A stretch of DNA of 59,144 nt, counting the filler, from Nitrospirota bacterium (lineage in GTDB: Bacteria > UBA2233), in assembly GCA_011620345.1 (NCBI GenBank). It is 7 parts of 7 records of this genome, joined end to end, with 100 filler letters (N's around TTAATTAATTAA, not from the genome) between each part and the next. Parts side by side here need not be neighbours in the genome. Positions count along the whole stretch, not along the records: positions 46,231 to 50,550 come from WOZJ01000026.1; positions 50,651 to 54,868 come from WOZJ01000004.1; positions 54,969 to 59,144 come from WOZJ01000035.1; 4 more parts are not named here. One strand, 5' to 3'. The position numbers and the translations under genes were made by a program. The notes beneath the pieces were generated by a model. It did not search any database and was not told the origin of the DNA. It saw only the letters and a program-made list of their open reading frames with translations. Every line of letters begins with the position of its first letter. Positions within the stretch are counted from its first letter, which is position 1. Shown here one piece after another: positions 46,443 to 55,228 of this stretch.

Positions 46443-48005
46443 ATGGAAGGGACAAAGCACGACGGCTGGGCGTCCAGGTGGGGGATGATCCTCGCCATGG
46501 CGGGATCTGCCGTCGGCCTTGGCAACTTCCTTCGTTTTCCCGTGCAGGCCAGTCAGAACGGCGGCGGGGCATTCATTATCCCCTACCTCGTATCGCTCGT
46601 GATCCTCGGCATCCCTTTAATGTGGATGGAATGGGCGATGGGGCGGTACGGAGGGGCTTTTACTCATGGCTCGCTGCCCAGCGTGTTCCACCTTCTGTGG
46701 CCAAGGCGCGCTGCTAAGTACTTAGGCGGGATCGGCATCCTGTTGACGTTTGTTGTGAGCGTATACTACCTCTACATCGAATCCTGGAGCCTGGCATACA
46801 GCTTCTTTGCGCTTACAGGCCGCTTCGAGCGGATTACCGAGCACACGCAGATGGCGAGCTTCTTGAAGGGCTTCCAGGGCCTCGAAAGAAACGAATTCTT
46901 TCAGGGCGGGGGTTGGGCTTACTTTTTTTTACTCGTAACGCTCGCTATTAACCTTTGGATCCTCTCACGCGGCATTTCAAAAGGAATCGAGTGGTTTTCA
47001 AAGCTCGCAATGCCGCTTTTATTCTTCATGGGGCTGGTTTTGGTCGTTCGGGTGTTCAGCCTTGGCTCGCCTGTCCGGCCCGATTGGAACCTGAACGCCG
47101 CACTCGGGTTTTTGTGGAACCCGGATTTCAAGGCGCTCACTAAGCCAGGAGTTTGGCTCGCTGCGGCGGGGCAGGTATTCTTCACGCTGTCGTTGGGCTG
47201 GGGTCAGATCCTAACGTACGCTACTTATTTGCACAAAAACGACGACATTGCGCTAAGCGGCCTAACCTCCGTGTCTCTAAACGAGGTGTGCGAGATAATC
47301 TTGGGTGCTTCGATCGGGATCGTTGCGGCCTACCTGTTCTTCGGGCCTCAGATGACGGTCGAGATCGCCAAGGGCGGCAGCTTCGATTTGGGGTTTGTCT
47401 CGATGCCCGCGATCTTCACGCAAATCCCGGCCGGCAGGCTCTTTGCCTTCTTTTGGTTTCTACTTTTATTCTTTGCCGGGATCACCAGCTCGATCGCCTT
47501 GACTCAGCCGAGCGTCCATTTCTTGGTCAGCGCCTTCGACATGGATTCGACCAGGGCGTCCTCGATCGTAGGGGTCGTGATGTTCGCGTGCGTCCAGCCC
47601 GTTTACTTCTTTTTGGGTAAAGGGTATTTGGACGAGCTGGACTTCATCGCTGGGACGATGGGGATTGTTTTTTTTGGGCTCATCGAGGTTGTCTTGTTCG
47701 TGTGGGTGTTTGGCCCGGGAAAGGCCTGGCAAGAAATTACGCGAGACAACGACATCGCAATCCCTTCCTTCTTCAAGCCTCTGCTCACATGGGTTACACC
47801 CGTCGCACTTCTTGTATTGTTCCTTGTGTGGTGTGTTGAGGAAGCGCCGGCGTTTTTGTTTTTCGAGGGGATTCCCAAGGAACATATCGGCACGCGCTGG
47901 GCGGCCAGGGCGTTCGTGCTCGTCATGTTCAGTATGATTTGCATGCTCATCAAGCTCAAGAAAGAACGGCTCACTCGGACGACAGCCCTGGAGGTTTCCG
48001 AATGA
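46443..48005 (+). CDS. Sodium-dependent amino acid transporter, NSS/SNF family (LeuT-like)
   Basis: W.SR.G.ILAMAGSAVGLGNFLRFPVQA..NGGGAF..PY, QVFFTLSLG, FAGITSSIA. Confidence 0.96.
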   Translation: MEGTKHDGWASRWGMILAMAGSAVGLGNFLRFPVQASQNGGGAFIIPYLVSLVILGIPLMWMEWAMGRYGGAFTHGSLPSVFHLLWPRRAAKYLGGIGILLTFVVSVYYLYIESWSLAYSFFALTGRFERITEHTQMASFLKGFQGLERNEFFQGGGWAYFFLLVTLAINLWILSRGISKGIEWFSKLAMPLLFFMGLVLVVRVFSLGSPVRPDWNLNAALGFLWNPDFKALTKPGVWLAAAGQVFFTLSLGWGQILTYATYLHKNDDIALSGLTSVSLNEVCEIILGASIGIVAAYLFFGPQMTVEIAKGGSFDLGFVSMPAIFTQIPAGRLFAFFWFLLLFFAGITSSIALTQPSVHFLVSAFDMDSTRASSIVGVVMFACVQPVYFFLGKGYLDELDFIAGTMGIVFFGLIEVVLFVWVFGPGKAWQEITRDNDIAIPSFFKPLLTWVTPVALLVLFLVWCVEEAPAFLFFEGIPKEHIGTRWAARAFVLVMFSMICMLIKLKKERLTRTTALEVSE

Positions 48006-48124
48006 ACGGCTATGGCCTTGTTCTAATGGTATTATCCTGGTCGGCTATCATTGTCCTCGGCGCGTCTTGTATCTGGAAGATTCTCGCCTCAAGCCAAAAG
48101 AAGAAAGGGGAAGGGCTCCAATGA
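48002..48124 (+). CDS. Small single-TM protein, MetS-like NSS accessory subunit
   Basis: 40 aa MNGYGLVLMVLSWSAIIVLGASCIWKILASSQKKKGEGLQ. GGAGG RBS, with ATGA overlaps on both sides. Confidence 0.7.
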   Translation: MNGYGLVLMVLSWSAIIVLGASCIWKILASSQKKKGEGLQ

Positions 48125-48483
48125 TCGGGTATGTCGAGGTCTTCGAGCGCTTCGAGGCGGCCCACTACTTAACGAGCTACAAGGGAAGCCCCGAGCCCAT
48201 TCACGGCCATTCTTTCGGCGTTCGTGTACGCGTGTACGGAGATCCGGGAAACGAGGGAATGATCGTCGATTTCTTGGAGCTCAAGGCGCTACTAAAAAAC
48301 ACGATCGATCCTTTTTCCCAAAGGCTCATGAACGAGGTACCCCCCTTCGAGCGCACCAGCCCCACGGCCGAGCATATCGCTAGGTTCGTGTACGAGACGC
48401 TCAAGCCAACATTCCGCTCAGCGCCCCTTAGGGTCGAAGTCGAAGAGGCGCCCGGATGTGTTGCGGGGTATGGGGATGCCTGA
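48121..48483 (+). CDS. 6-pyruvoyl-tetrahydropterin synthase/QueD-family (T-fold) protein with ExxHGH motif (PTPS-III type)
   Basis: FEAAH.L, PEPIHGHSF, GMIVDF..LK, PTAEHIA. No Cys precedes HGH. Confidence 0.88.
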   Translation: MIGYVEVFERFEAAHYLTSYKGSPEPIHGHSFGVRVRVYGDPGNEGMIVDFLELKALLKNTIDPFSQRLMNEVPPFERTSPTAEHIARFVYETLKPTFRSAPLRVEVEEAPGCVAGYGDA

Positions 48484-49342
48484 GCCTGGGGGTTTGACCC
48501 CCCTTGTCGATTGCCATGCACATGTTTACCCGCCCGAGCTCGCAAAAAAAGCGCTTGCCTTTAGGGAGCAAAGGAAGCTCGAGGGCTCATCCTACTATGA
48601 CGGCGATACGAATCTTGACGGGACGGCCGAGGCTTATGATGCCTGGCTAGAGCGTGAGGGCTTTGCCTTCGGCGTCATCTTGCCGCTTGCCATGAAGCCT
48701 CACCAGGCACATAAGCTCAACGACTTCACCGAAAAGGCGACGAAGCGCTTCCCCAGGCTGCTGCCGTTCGGTGCGATCCATCCCGACATTGACGATCTCA
48801 AGGCTACACTTGAGAATCTTAAGACAAGGGGGTTTCTGGGTGTAAAGATCCACCCGTTCTTCCAAAAGGGCGCGACAATGAGCCCTTTTTTTGAACCTAG
48901 CTGGCTTAGGCTCTTTGAGGCCTGCTGCGATATGGGCCTCGTGGTGCTTACCTGCACGGTCTTCTACGACGAAATCGTCCAGAAATCCACCAGGGCGGCG
49001 AATGACCTGGCCAGGCTGCCAAAAGTCTTCTCGGGGCTCAAGATCATCGCCGCGCACCTTGGAGCCATTTACAACTGGGGGGCGATTCATGAAGAGCTTG
49101 TGGGCTCGGATGTCTACCTCGATCTTTCCTACGCGCTCGGCTTTTTGAGCGATGAGGAGGTGTTGAAGATTATTCTCAAACATGGCAACAAGAAGGTGCT
49201 CTTTGGTACGGATGCGCCCTACGGCAGCGCCGAGCAGAACCTGGAGCGATTCTTGAGGCTTCCCATTTCTAGCCAGGAACGGGCGAACATCGGGGGGTTG
49301 AATACACTCACGTTATTAGGAAAACAGGAGGGCCTTACTTAG
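48476..49342 (+). CDS. Amidohydrolase_2 family TIM-barrel metallohydrolase
   Basis: DCHAH, GVKIHP..Q, IAAHLG, VYLD.S, VLFGTDAP. Confidence 0.88.
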   Translation: MPEPGGLTPLVDCHAHVYPPELAKKALAFREQRKLEGSSYYDGDTNLDGTAEAYDAWLEREGFAFGVILPLAMKPHQAHKLNDFTEKATKRFPRLLPFGAIHPDIDDLKATLENLKTRGFLGVKIHPFFQKGATMSPFFEPSWLRLFEACCDMGLVVLTCTVFYDEIVQKSTRAANDLARLPKVFSGLKIIAAHLGAIYNWGAIHEELVGSDVYLDLSYALGFLSDEEVLKIILKHGNKKVLFGTDAPYGSAEQNLERFLRLPISSQERANIGGLNTLTLLGKQEGLT

Positions 49343-50550
49343 ATGAACGCCGCGGATACGGGATTCATGCTGATCGCTTCCGCCATGGTCATGCTGATGA
49401 CGCCGGGGCTTGCCGTTTTCTACGGCGGGCTTGTACGCGCAAAGAATATCCTTTCGGTCATCATGCATAGCTTTGCGTGCATGGGCATTGTTTCCGTGAT
49501 CTGGGTGCTTTATGGTTATTCGCTCGCGTTCGGTCCGGACATGGGCGGGGTTTTAGGCAACTTTGACTGGGTGATGCTAAAAGGGGTAGGGCTTGAAGCT
49601 GGGCCCTACGCTCCAGGGATTCCACACGTGTTGTTTTGCGCGTTCCAACTGATGTTTGCGATTATTACACCCGCCCTGATTACGGGCGCGTTCGCCGAAA
49701 GAATGCGCTTTTGGCCGTTTTTTTGGTTCGTGGTCCTATGGACGACGTTCGTGTACCTGCCCGTATGCCACTGGGTCTGGGGGGGCGGATGGCTTCAGAA
49801 GTTGGGAGCGCTCGATTTTGCGGGCGGAACAGTTATTCATGTCAACTCGGGCGCGGCGGCCCTCGTGAGCTCCTGGTTCATCGGCAAACGCATGGGTTGG
49901 GGTCACGAGCCGTTCCACCCGAACAACCTCCCCCTGACGCTTTTGGGCGCCGGGCTTTTGTGGTTTGGATGGTTCGGGTTCAACGCGGGCAGCGCCCTTT
50001 CGGCAAACCCCCTGGCCGCGCTCGCATTCTTCAACACTCAGGCGGCCACGGCCGGTGCGGCGCTCTCCTGGATTTTGGCCGAGGCCGTTCATAGGGGCAA
50101 GCCCACAACCTTAGGGATCGCCTCGGGGGCACTGGCCGGGCTTGTGGCCGTTACTCCGGCGGCAGGGTTCGTCGGACCTGCCCCCGCGCTGTTCATCGGG
50201 CTTGTCGCGGGCTTGCTGTGTTACATGGGGGTGTTCGCAAAATTTAAGGGCGGCTACGACGACGCGCTCGACGTGGTCGGTATCCACGGTGTCGGCGGAG
50301 TCTGGGGGGGGTTGGCGACGGGCCTCTTTGCCGCAAAATACTGGAATCCTTCCGGCGCAGACGGGCTTTTGTTCGGCAATTTCTCCCAAATCGCGATTCA
50401 AGGAATCGGCTTGGTCGTGACCGTGGCCTATTCTCTTTTGGTGACCTTTTTGATCGTTTGGCTCTTGGATCGTTCCCTGGGGCTTCGGGTGGCCCCTGAG
50501 GCCGAACAAAGCGGGCTTGACCTGACCGAACACCTGGAGTCCGGCTACAA
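49343..50550 (+). CDS. amtB: Ammonium transporter (3' end truncated by gap)
   Basis: MTPGLA.FYGG, FQLMFAIIT, AERM, DFAGGTVIH, WFGWFGFNAGS, DDALDV.GIHG (twin His present). Confidence 0.97.
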
Positions 50551-50667
50551 NNNNNNNNNNNNNNNNNNNNNNNNNNNNNNNNNNNNNNNNNNNNTTAATT
50601 AATTAANNNNNNNNNNNNNNNNNNNNNNNNNNNNNNNNNNNNNNNNNNNNGCAACATCCCAAGGCGC

Positions 50668-50696
50668 TTGATGCACCACGGAGGGTGTTTTAGAAT
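50668..50696 (+). promoter_or_regulatory. Sigma70-type promoter of the small orphan ORF
   Basis: TTGATG-N17-TAGAAT. Confidence 0.55.
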
Positions 50697-50749
50697 ATTG
50701 AGGCTGGGGTATGCATCTCGGCAAGAAACATTACAAAGGAGACGAGCCA

Positions 50750-50953
50750 ATGTACGACCTAACGTATGGTTTAATCGCTCCGGTTGCACAGCCGGTTGGA
50801 CAAATCATTCAAAACTTTGGTGTTGATACAAGTGCGGTTGCAGACTTTATTCAGAAATTTAGCCCTTTTCAGGATATTCCTTTCGTTGGTCCGCTTGTTT
50901 ATGGGGGGATGGCTGCCATCCGGGATGGCCTAGATAAGCTGCTCTTACAATAA
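50750..50953 (+). CDS. Hypothetical small amphipathic protein (67 aa)
   Basis: AAAGGAG RBS, its own promoter and a downstream palindrome: a complete monocistronic unit. Confidence 0.7.
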   Translation: MYDLTYGLIAPVAQPVGQIIQNFGVDTSAVADFIQKFSPFQDIPFVGPLVYGGMAAIRDGLDKLLLQ

Positions 50954-50964
50954 GCCCATTAAAG

Positions 50965-50990
50965 GGATAGGCCCAGCGCTGGGCCTATCC
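50965..50990. terminator. Perfect 26-bp palindrome between the convergent small ORF and cofG
   Basis: GGATAGGCCCAGCGCTGGGCCTATCC equals its own reverse complement. Confidence 0.6.
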
Positions 50991-51026
50991 TGATCATTGC
51001 CTCTTGATCGTTTCGTTGGTTATCCC

Positions 51027-52253
51027 TTATAAGCTCGGGCATGCTTCAATAGTCTTTTTTCCATATTCTTGAGCCCCGTTTTCATCCATGGATAGGCTTG
51101 CCCTAAATAAAGGGCGAACAAACGCCCTGGAAAAGAATTCCCGATACAAAGGGAGCCTGGGCTTCAGGCTGAACCCCTCCTTTGAAAGCTCGAGCCCCAG
51201 CGATTCGATATGCGGCCATGGCGCCTCCGGGTTGATAAAATCCTGCGTCAAGGGCGAGATGCCGCCCAAGTCGTTGATCCCGGCCCTGAGGTAATCTTCA
51301 AGCGGACCCGAGGCCAGGTTCGGCGGGGCCTGAATGTTCATGGCTCCGCCAAGAACAACCCTTGCAAGCGCAATGGTCAAGACCATTTCCTCATGGCTTG
51401 GGGGCCTTGCCTTGGCCATGGGGGTACGGGGTTTGGGGAGGAAATTTTGAATGATGACCTCCTGGATGTGGCCGAAGCGTGCCTGAATATCTTGAATGGC
51501 CAGAAGCGCTTCGAGCCTTTCTTCGAGCGTTTCGCCGATGCCTACTAGAATGCCCGTTGTAAAGGCAATGCCAAGCTCCCCGGCGCGCTCGAGCGTCCTT
51601 AGCCTTTCTTTAGGCGCCTTGCCAGGGCTTTTGGCGTGCGGCATTTTGGGGCTCAAGAAGCGCTCCGAGGCGTTTTCGAGCATTAGCCCCATGCTAAGCG
51701 AAGTAGGGCTTAGGAGCTCAAAATCTTCTTCATCCATGACGCCCACGTTGACGTGCGGGTAAAGCCCGGATTCTTCGAAGATACGCCTTGAAAGATGGGC
51801 GACGTAGGCGTTCGTCGAGCGAAAACCAAGATCTTCGAGCATTCGCTTATAAACCGGGTAGCGCTCCTCGGGTTTTTCCCCGAGCGTAAGAAGGGCCTCG
51901 CTGCAGCCAAAGCTTAAGCCTCGCCTGGCAAGATCGAGCGCGGCGGACTCTTGCATCAAGAACGCGCCCCAATGCTTAGGGGGCCTGGCGAACGTGCAAT
52001 AGTGGCAGTGGTTCCTGCAAAGCTTTGTTACGGGGAAGAACACCTTGGGCGAGTAGGTGATGATATGCCCGTGTGTGGAATCGCGAAGCCTGCCGGCCTG
52101 AGCAACCAGCCAATCGTGAGCGATAGGGCCAAACCGCTCGATGTCTTTGAAAAGCTCGCGGGCCCCTTCCGGGCTTAAGCCTTTCAAGGGAATACCGCTG
52201 CCTTTAGAGGGTCCCAAGGAAGAAGCTCCCGGGCTTTCCATCCGATACTCCAT
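51027..52253 (-). CDS. cofG: FO synthase subunit 1 (7,8-didemethyl-8-hydroxy-5-deazariboflavin synthase), radical SAM
   Basis: TYSPKVF.P.T.LCRNHCHYCTF, EALLTLGEKPE, PH.N.G, SMGLMLE, FTTGILVGIGE, HIQEVIIQNF.PK, QAPPNL, ND.GGISP.T.DFINPE.PWP. Confidence 0.93.
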   Translation of the reverse strand: MEYRMESPGASSLGPSKGSGIPLKGLSPEGARELFKDIERFGPIAHDWLVAQAGRLRDSTHGHIITYSPKVFFPVTKLCRNHCHYCTFARPPKHWGAFLMQESAALDLARRGLSFGCSEALLTLGEKPEERYPVYKRMLEDLGFRSTNAYVAHLSRRIFEESGLYPHVNVGVMDEEDFELLSPTSLSMGLMLENASERFLSPKMPHAKSPGKAPKERLRTLERAGELGIAFTTGILVGIGETLEERLEALLAIQDIQARFGHIQEVIIQNFLPKPRTPMAKARPPSHEEMVLTIALARVVLGGAMNIQAPPNLASGPLEDYLRAGINDLGGISPLTQDFINPEAPWPHIESLGLELSKEGFSLKPRLPLYREFFSRAFVRPLFRASLSMDENGAQEYGKKTIEACPSL

Positions 52254-52562
52254 CGCCTGAAGCTGGTTTGTAGCCAGTTGCCCTGGCTATCGCCTTGATT
52301 CCCTTTCCGGCACAACACCGCAATCATCGCAAGAACTAAAAAATACTGTTATTATTTTATATGCCTCCGAGAACGATGGTCAAGAATTCGAGGAAACAGG
52401 CGATCCACAACGCGGCATCCGGGTTTTATGGGCTGCAAAGAGCCACGAGGAGGCAACCAGGCTTGACTGGAACCAGTTCATCGATAAACATGGACGCTTC
52501 TTAAAAATAAGCTTCAAGCATTTTGTAAAGCGCCAACATAGATTTATAATAGGAATTCAACG

Positions 52563-53744
52563 ATGCCCCATACATTGCTAAAACCAAAATTAAACGGAAG
52601 CAATGCCTTCCTAGAGGCCCTGGGCCCATTAACGCGCTCTTTGGAAAAAATTCTCGAGAACGCGCTGGAAGGCAGGCCGCTAGGAGACGACGAGGCCCTT
52701 GAGCTGTTCCATGCTACAGGACCCGGCTTGAATGCGCTTGCTTGCGTGGCCGATAGGGTCAAGCGAAGGCGCGTCGGGGACACCGCCACGTTCGTGATCA
52801 ACCGCAACATCAACTTTACGAACGATTGCGTCGTCGGCTGCAAGTTCTGTGGGTTTTTTAGGAGCGCCCAAGACGAAGACGTGTACCATTACACGCTCGA
52901 GGACATCCAACAAAAGACGCTCGAGGCAAAGGCCCTTGGCGCGACGGAAGTTTGTATCCAGGGCGGCCTCCCTAAAAGCTTCGATGGGTTCTTTTACAGG
53001 GACATCCTAAGGGCAGTCAAACAATCGGCGCCCGAGATGCATATCCATGCATTTTCGCCGATGGAGGTCCTCTACGGATCGCAACTTACGGGCATGGGTT
53101 TTAAAGGCTTTCTTCAAATGCTCAAAGACGAAGGTCTTGGATCGATGCCCGGCACGGCGGCCGAGGTCTTCGACGAATCCGTAAGGGCGCTTATCTCCAA
53201 GAACAAGCTCCCTTTGGAGCTATGGGCCGAAATCGTCAAAACGGCCCATAGGCTGGGTATCCCCACAACCTCTACGATCATGTACGGCCATATCGAATCG
53301 CCCCAAGACATCGTCGCCCATATGCGGGCCATCAAGGACATCCAAAAAGAAACGGGCGGGATCACGGAATTCGTACCGTTGGGGTTCATCTATCCCAACA
53401 CAAAGCTCCATGCCGAAGGGAAGGTCAAATCAGGCCCGTCTGGGCTGCTCGACCTCAAGGTGCACGCAATCGCCCGGCTCTACTTTCAGGGGATGATTGA
53501 CCATATTCAGGCCTCATGGGTAAAGATTGGCCCCAAGCTCGCCCAGGTGCTCCTTTTGGCGGGTGCGGACGACTTCGGCGGGACATTGATGGAAGAGCAC
53601 ATCGCTAAGGCGGCCGGCGGAACAGAAAGAGAATACCTCCAACCCGACACGTTCGTTGCCTTAATTCGAGAGCTTGGGCTTACGCCGATCCAGCGCAGCA
53701 CGATCTACAAGCCCATTAAGGTCTACCAAAAGGCGGGCGCTTGA
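52563..53744 (+). CDS. cofH: FO synthase subunit 2, radical SAM
   Basis: VINRNINFTNDCVVGCKFCGF, ATEVCIQGG, HIHAFSPME, SMPGTAAE, TIMYGH.E, TEFVPL, IQASWVK, D.GGTLMEE.I. Adjacent to cofG. Confidence 0.9.
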   Translation: MPHTLLKPKLNGSNAFLEALGPLTRSLEKILENALEGRPLGDDEALELFHATGPGLNALACVADRVKRRRVGDTATFVINRNINFTNDCVVGCKFCGFFRSAQDEDVYHYTLEDIQQKTLEAKALGATEVCIQGGLPKSFDGFFYRDILRAVKQSAPEMHIHAFSPMEVLYGSQLTGMGFKGFLQMLKDEGLGSMPGTAAEVFDESVRALISKNKLPLELWAEIVKTAHRLGIPTTSTIMYGHIESPQDIVAHMRAIKDIQKETGGITEFVPLGFIYPNTKLHAEGKVKSGPSGLLDLKVHAIARLYFQGMIDHIQASWVKIGPKLAQVLLLAGADDFGGTLMEEHIAKAAGGTEREYLQPDTFVALIRELGLTPIQRSTIYKPIKVYQKAGA

Positions 53745-54868
53745 TGGAGCGCTTCAAGAACCTCATCCAGGACGTGGTGAACTTTGGCAGCTGCTGCGAG
53801 TGCGGCGCCTGCGTGCTCGTTTGCCCCTACGGCGTCATCGAATACATCGACGGCAAGCCCAAACAAACGGCCCGTCCCAGCGCCCCGGAGGACTTCTGCG
53901 CCGTTTCGGAGGGGATCGGCTGCGATGTCTGCGCCAAGGCCTGCCCGAGGCTCGATGGGAATGAAGGGGAGTTAGGGCGCTTCCTTGATCTTCCAGAGGC
54001 GGAAGGGAGCCCTTACGGGCGTCTCGAGCCGCTCGTTGTCGTGAGAACCAAGGACCCCGGCATTCTCGGCAAGGCCCAAGACGGCGGGTTCGTGACCCAG
54101 TTCCTTATCTGGGCGCTCGAAACGGGTCGCATCGATGCGGCCGTTGCGGCGATCGCCGACCCAAACGCCCCGGCCAAGCCCATCCCCGCCCTGCTGACGA
54201 CCAAAGAAGACATCCTAAAGAGCGCAAAATCTTGGTATACCTACTCGCCCAATTTGCTTGCCTTAAAGGAGGCCAAAGAAAGGGGCTTTCGGCGTGTCGG
54301 GTTTGTGGGAACCCCATGCGAGATCACCCCGTTGGTCAAGCTTCTTTCCAAGGATGCGGGTGGGCTTAGAACGCCCAAGAAGAACGAAAGGCAAGTTCTT
54401 CGCCAAGCCGAGCACTTGAAGGGGTTTGCCGAGATCGTGGCCATCCGGATCGGGCTTTTCTGCTCGGAGGTGTTCACGTTCGAGGGGCTAATGGAAGGCA
54501 AGATCGCGAAAGAGATGGGCATTCCTTTGGAGCGAATCCAGAAGTTCAACGTCAAGGGGAAGGTGCTGATTCACCTGGACTCGGGCGAGACGGTCACGCT
54601 ACCCCTAAAGGAGGCGCAGGCATTCGCAAGGCCCGAGTGTGCGTTCTGCGGAGATTTTAGCGCCGAGCATGCCGACATCGTTGCCGGCGGTGTGGGGCTT
54701 ACAGGGCAAACGCTGGCGGGCGCAAGAACAGCACTTGGAAAGGCTTGGATTGAAGAGGCGCTGAAAGAGGGCCTGTTCGAAATCCGGCCCGCCCAGGCCT
54801 ATCCAAAATCGCTGGAAATTTTGGATAGGCTCGCTAGAAAACAGAAGGCCCGGAGTGAAAAGGCCTAC
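53744..54868 (+). CDS. Coenzyme F420 hydrogenase/dehydrogenase beta subunit (FrhB/FdhB/FpoF family) with N-terminal ferredoxin domain; runs into gap
   Basis: CCECGACVLVCP, C..CDVCAKACP, AQDGG.VT, VGTPC, IGLFC.E.F, CAFCGDF.AE.ADI..G. TGATG coupling with cofH. Confidence 0.88.
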
Positions 54869-54968
54869 NNNNNNNNNNNNNNNNNNNNNNNNNNNNNNNN
54901 NNNNNNNNNNNNTTAATTAATTAANNNNNNNNNNNNNNNNNNNNNNNNNNNNNNNNNNNNNNNNNNNN

Positions 54969-55082
54969 GCACCCGCCGCAGCAACCTCCTGGACCGTATG
55001 GTTGGGCGTATGCGGTACCGAGCCCCACGAACCCGAGAAAGAAAGCGGTGCTTAAAAAGCTAAAAATCCTTCTGCTTTTCAA
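54969..55082 (-). CDS. Exported protein N-terminus (truncated by gap), Cys/Gly-rich mature start
   Basis: GGAGG, then TTG 55082: KSRRIFSFLSTAFFLGFVGLGTAYA|QPYGPGGCCGGC. Confidence 0.55.
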
Positions 55083-55228
55083 GGAAGACCCTCCTTGTTG
55101 AAGTTTTTGTTTGGGTTTTTGCAAAAAACGTGTCTTTGCTCCCTTGTTCGTAGCGGGTACAGGCATCCGCTTGCAGTCCCACCGTCTGGACATGAAGAAA
55201 GCGGGGGCGGTGATGTGTGGCGAGAGCC

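Noticed and set aside
48121-48483. Annotation as queD (queuosine or 7-deazaguanine DNA-modification system)
   Set aside because: It lacks the CxxxHGH Cys, and no queC/queE/dpdA genes are nearby.
52563-53744. MqnC/MqnE (futalosine pathway) as an alternative identity
   Set aside because: The ATEVCIQGG, SMPGTAAE and GGTLMEE motifs and the adjacent cofG favour CofH.
29616-54968. Six regularly structured N/TTAATTAATTAA/N blocks that look like a repeat array
   Set aside because: They are artificial contig linkers. The complete contigs decrease in length (5595, 5578, 5042, 4320, 4218 nt), so cross-gap synteny such as amtB next to cofG, or fdh with FrhB, is not evidence.
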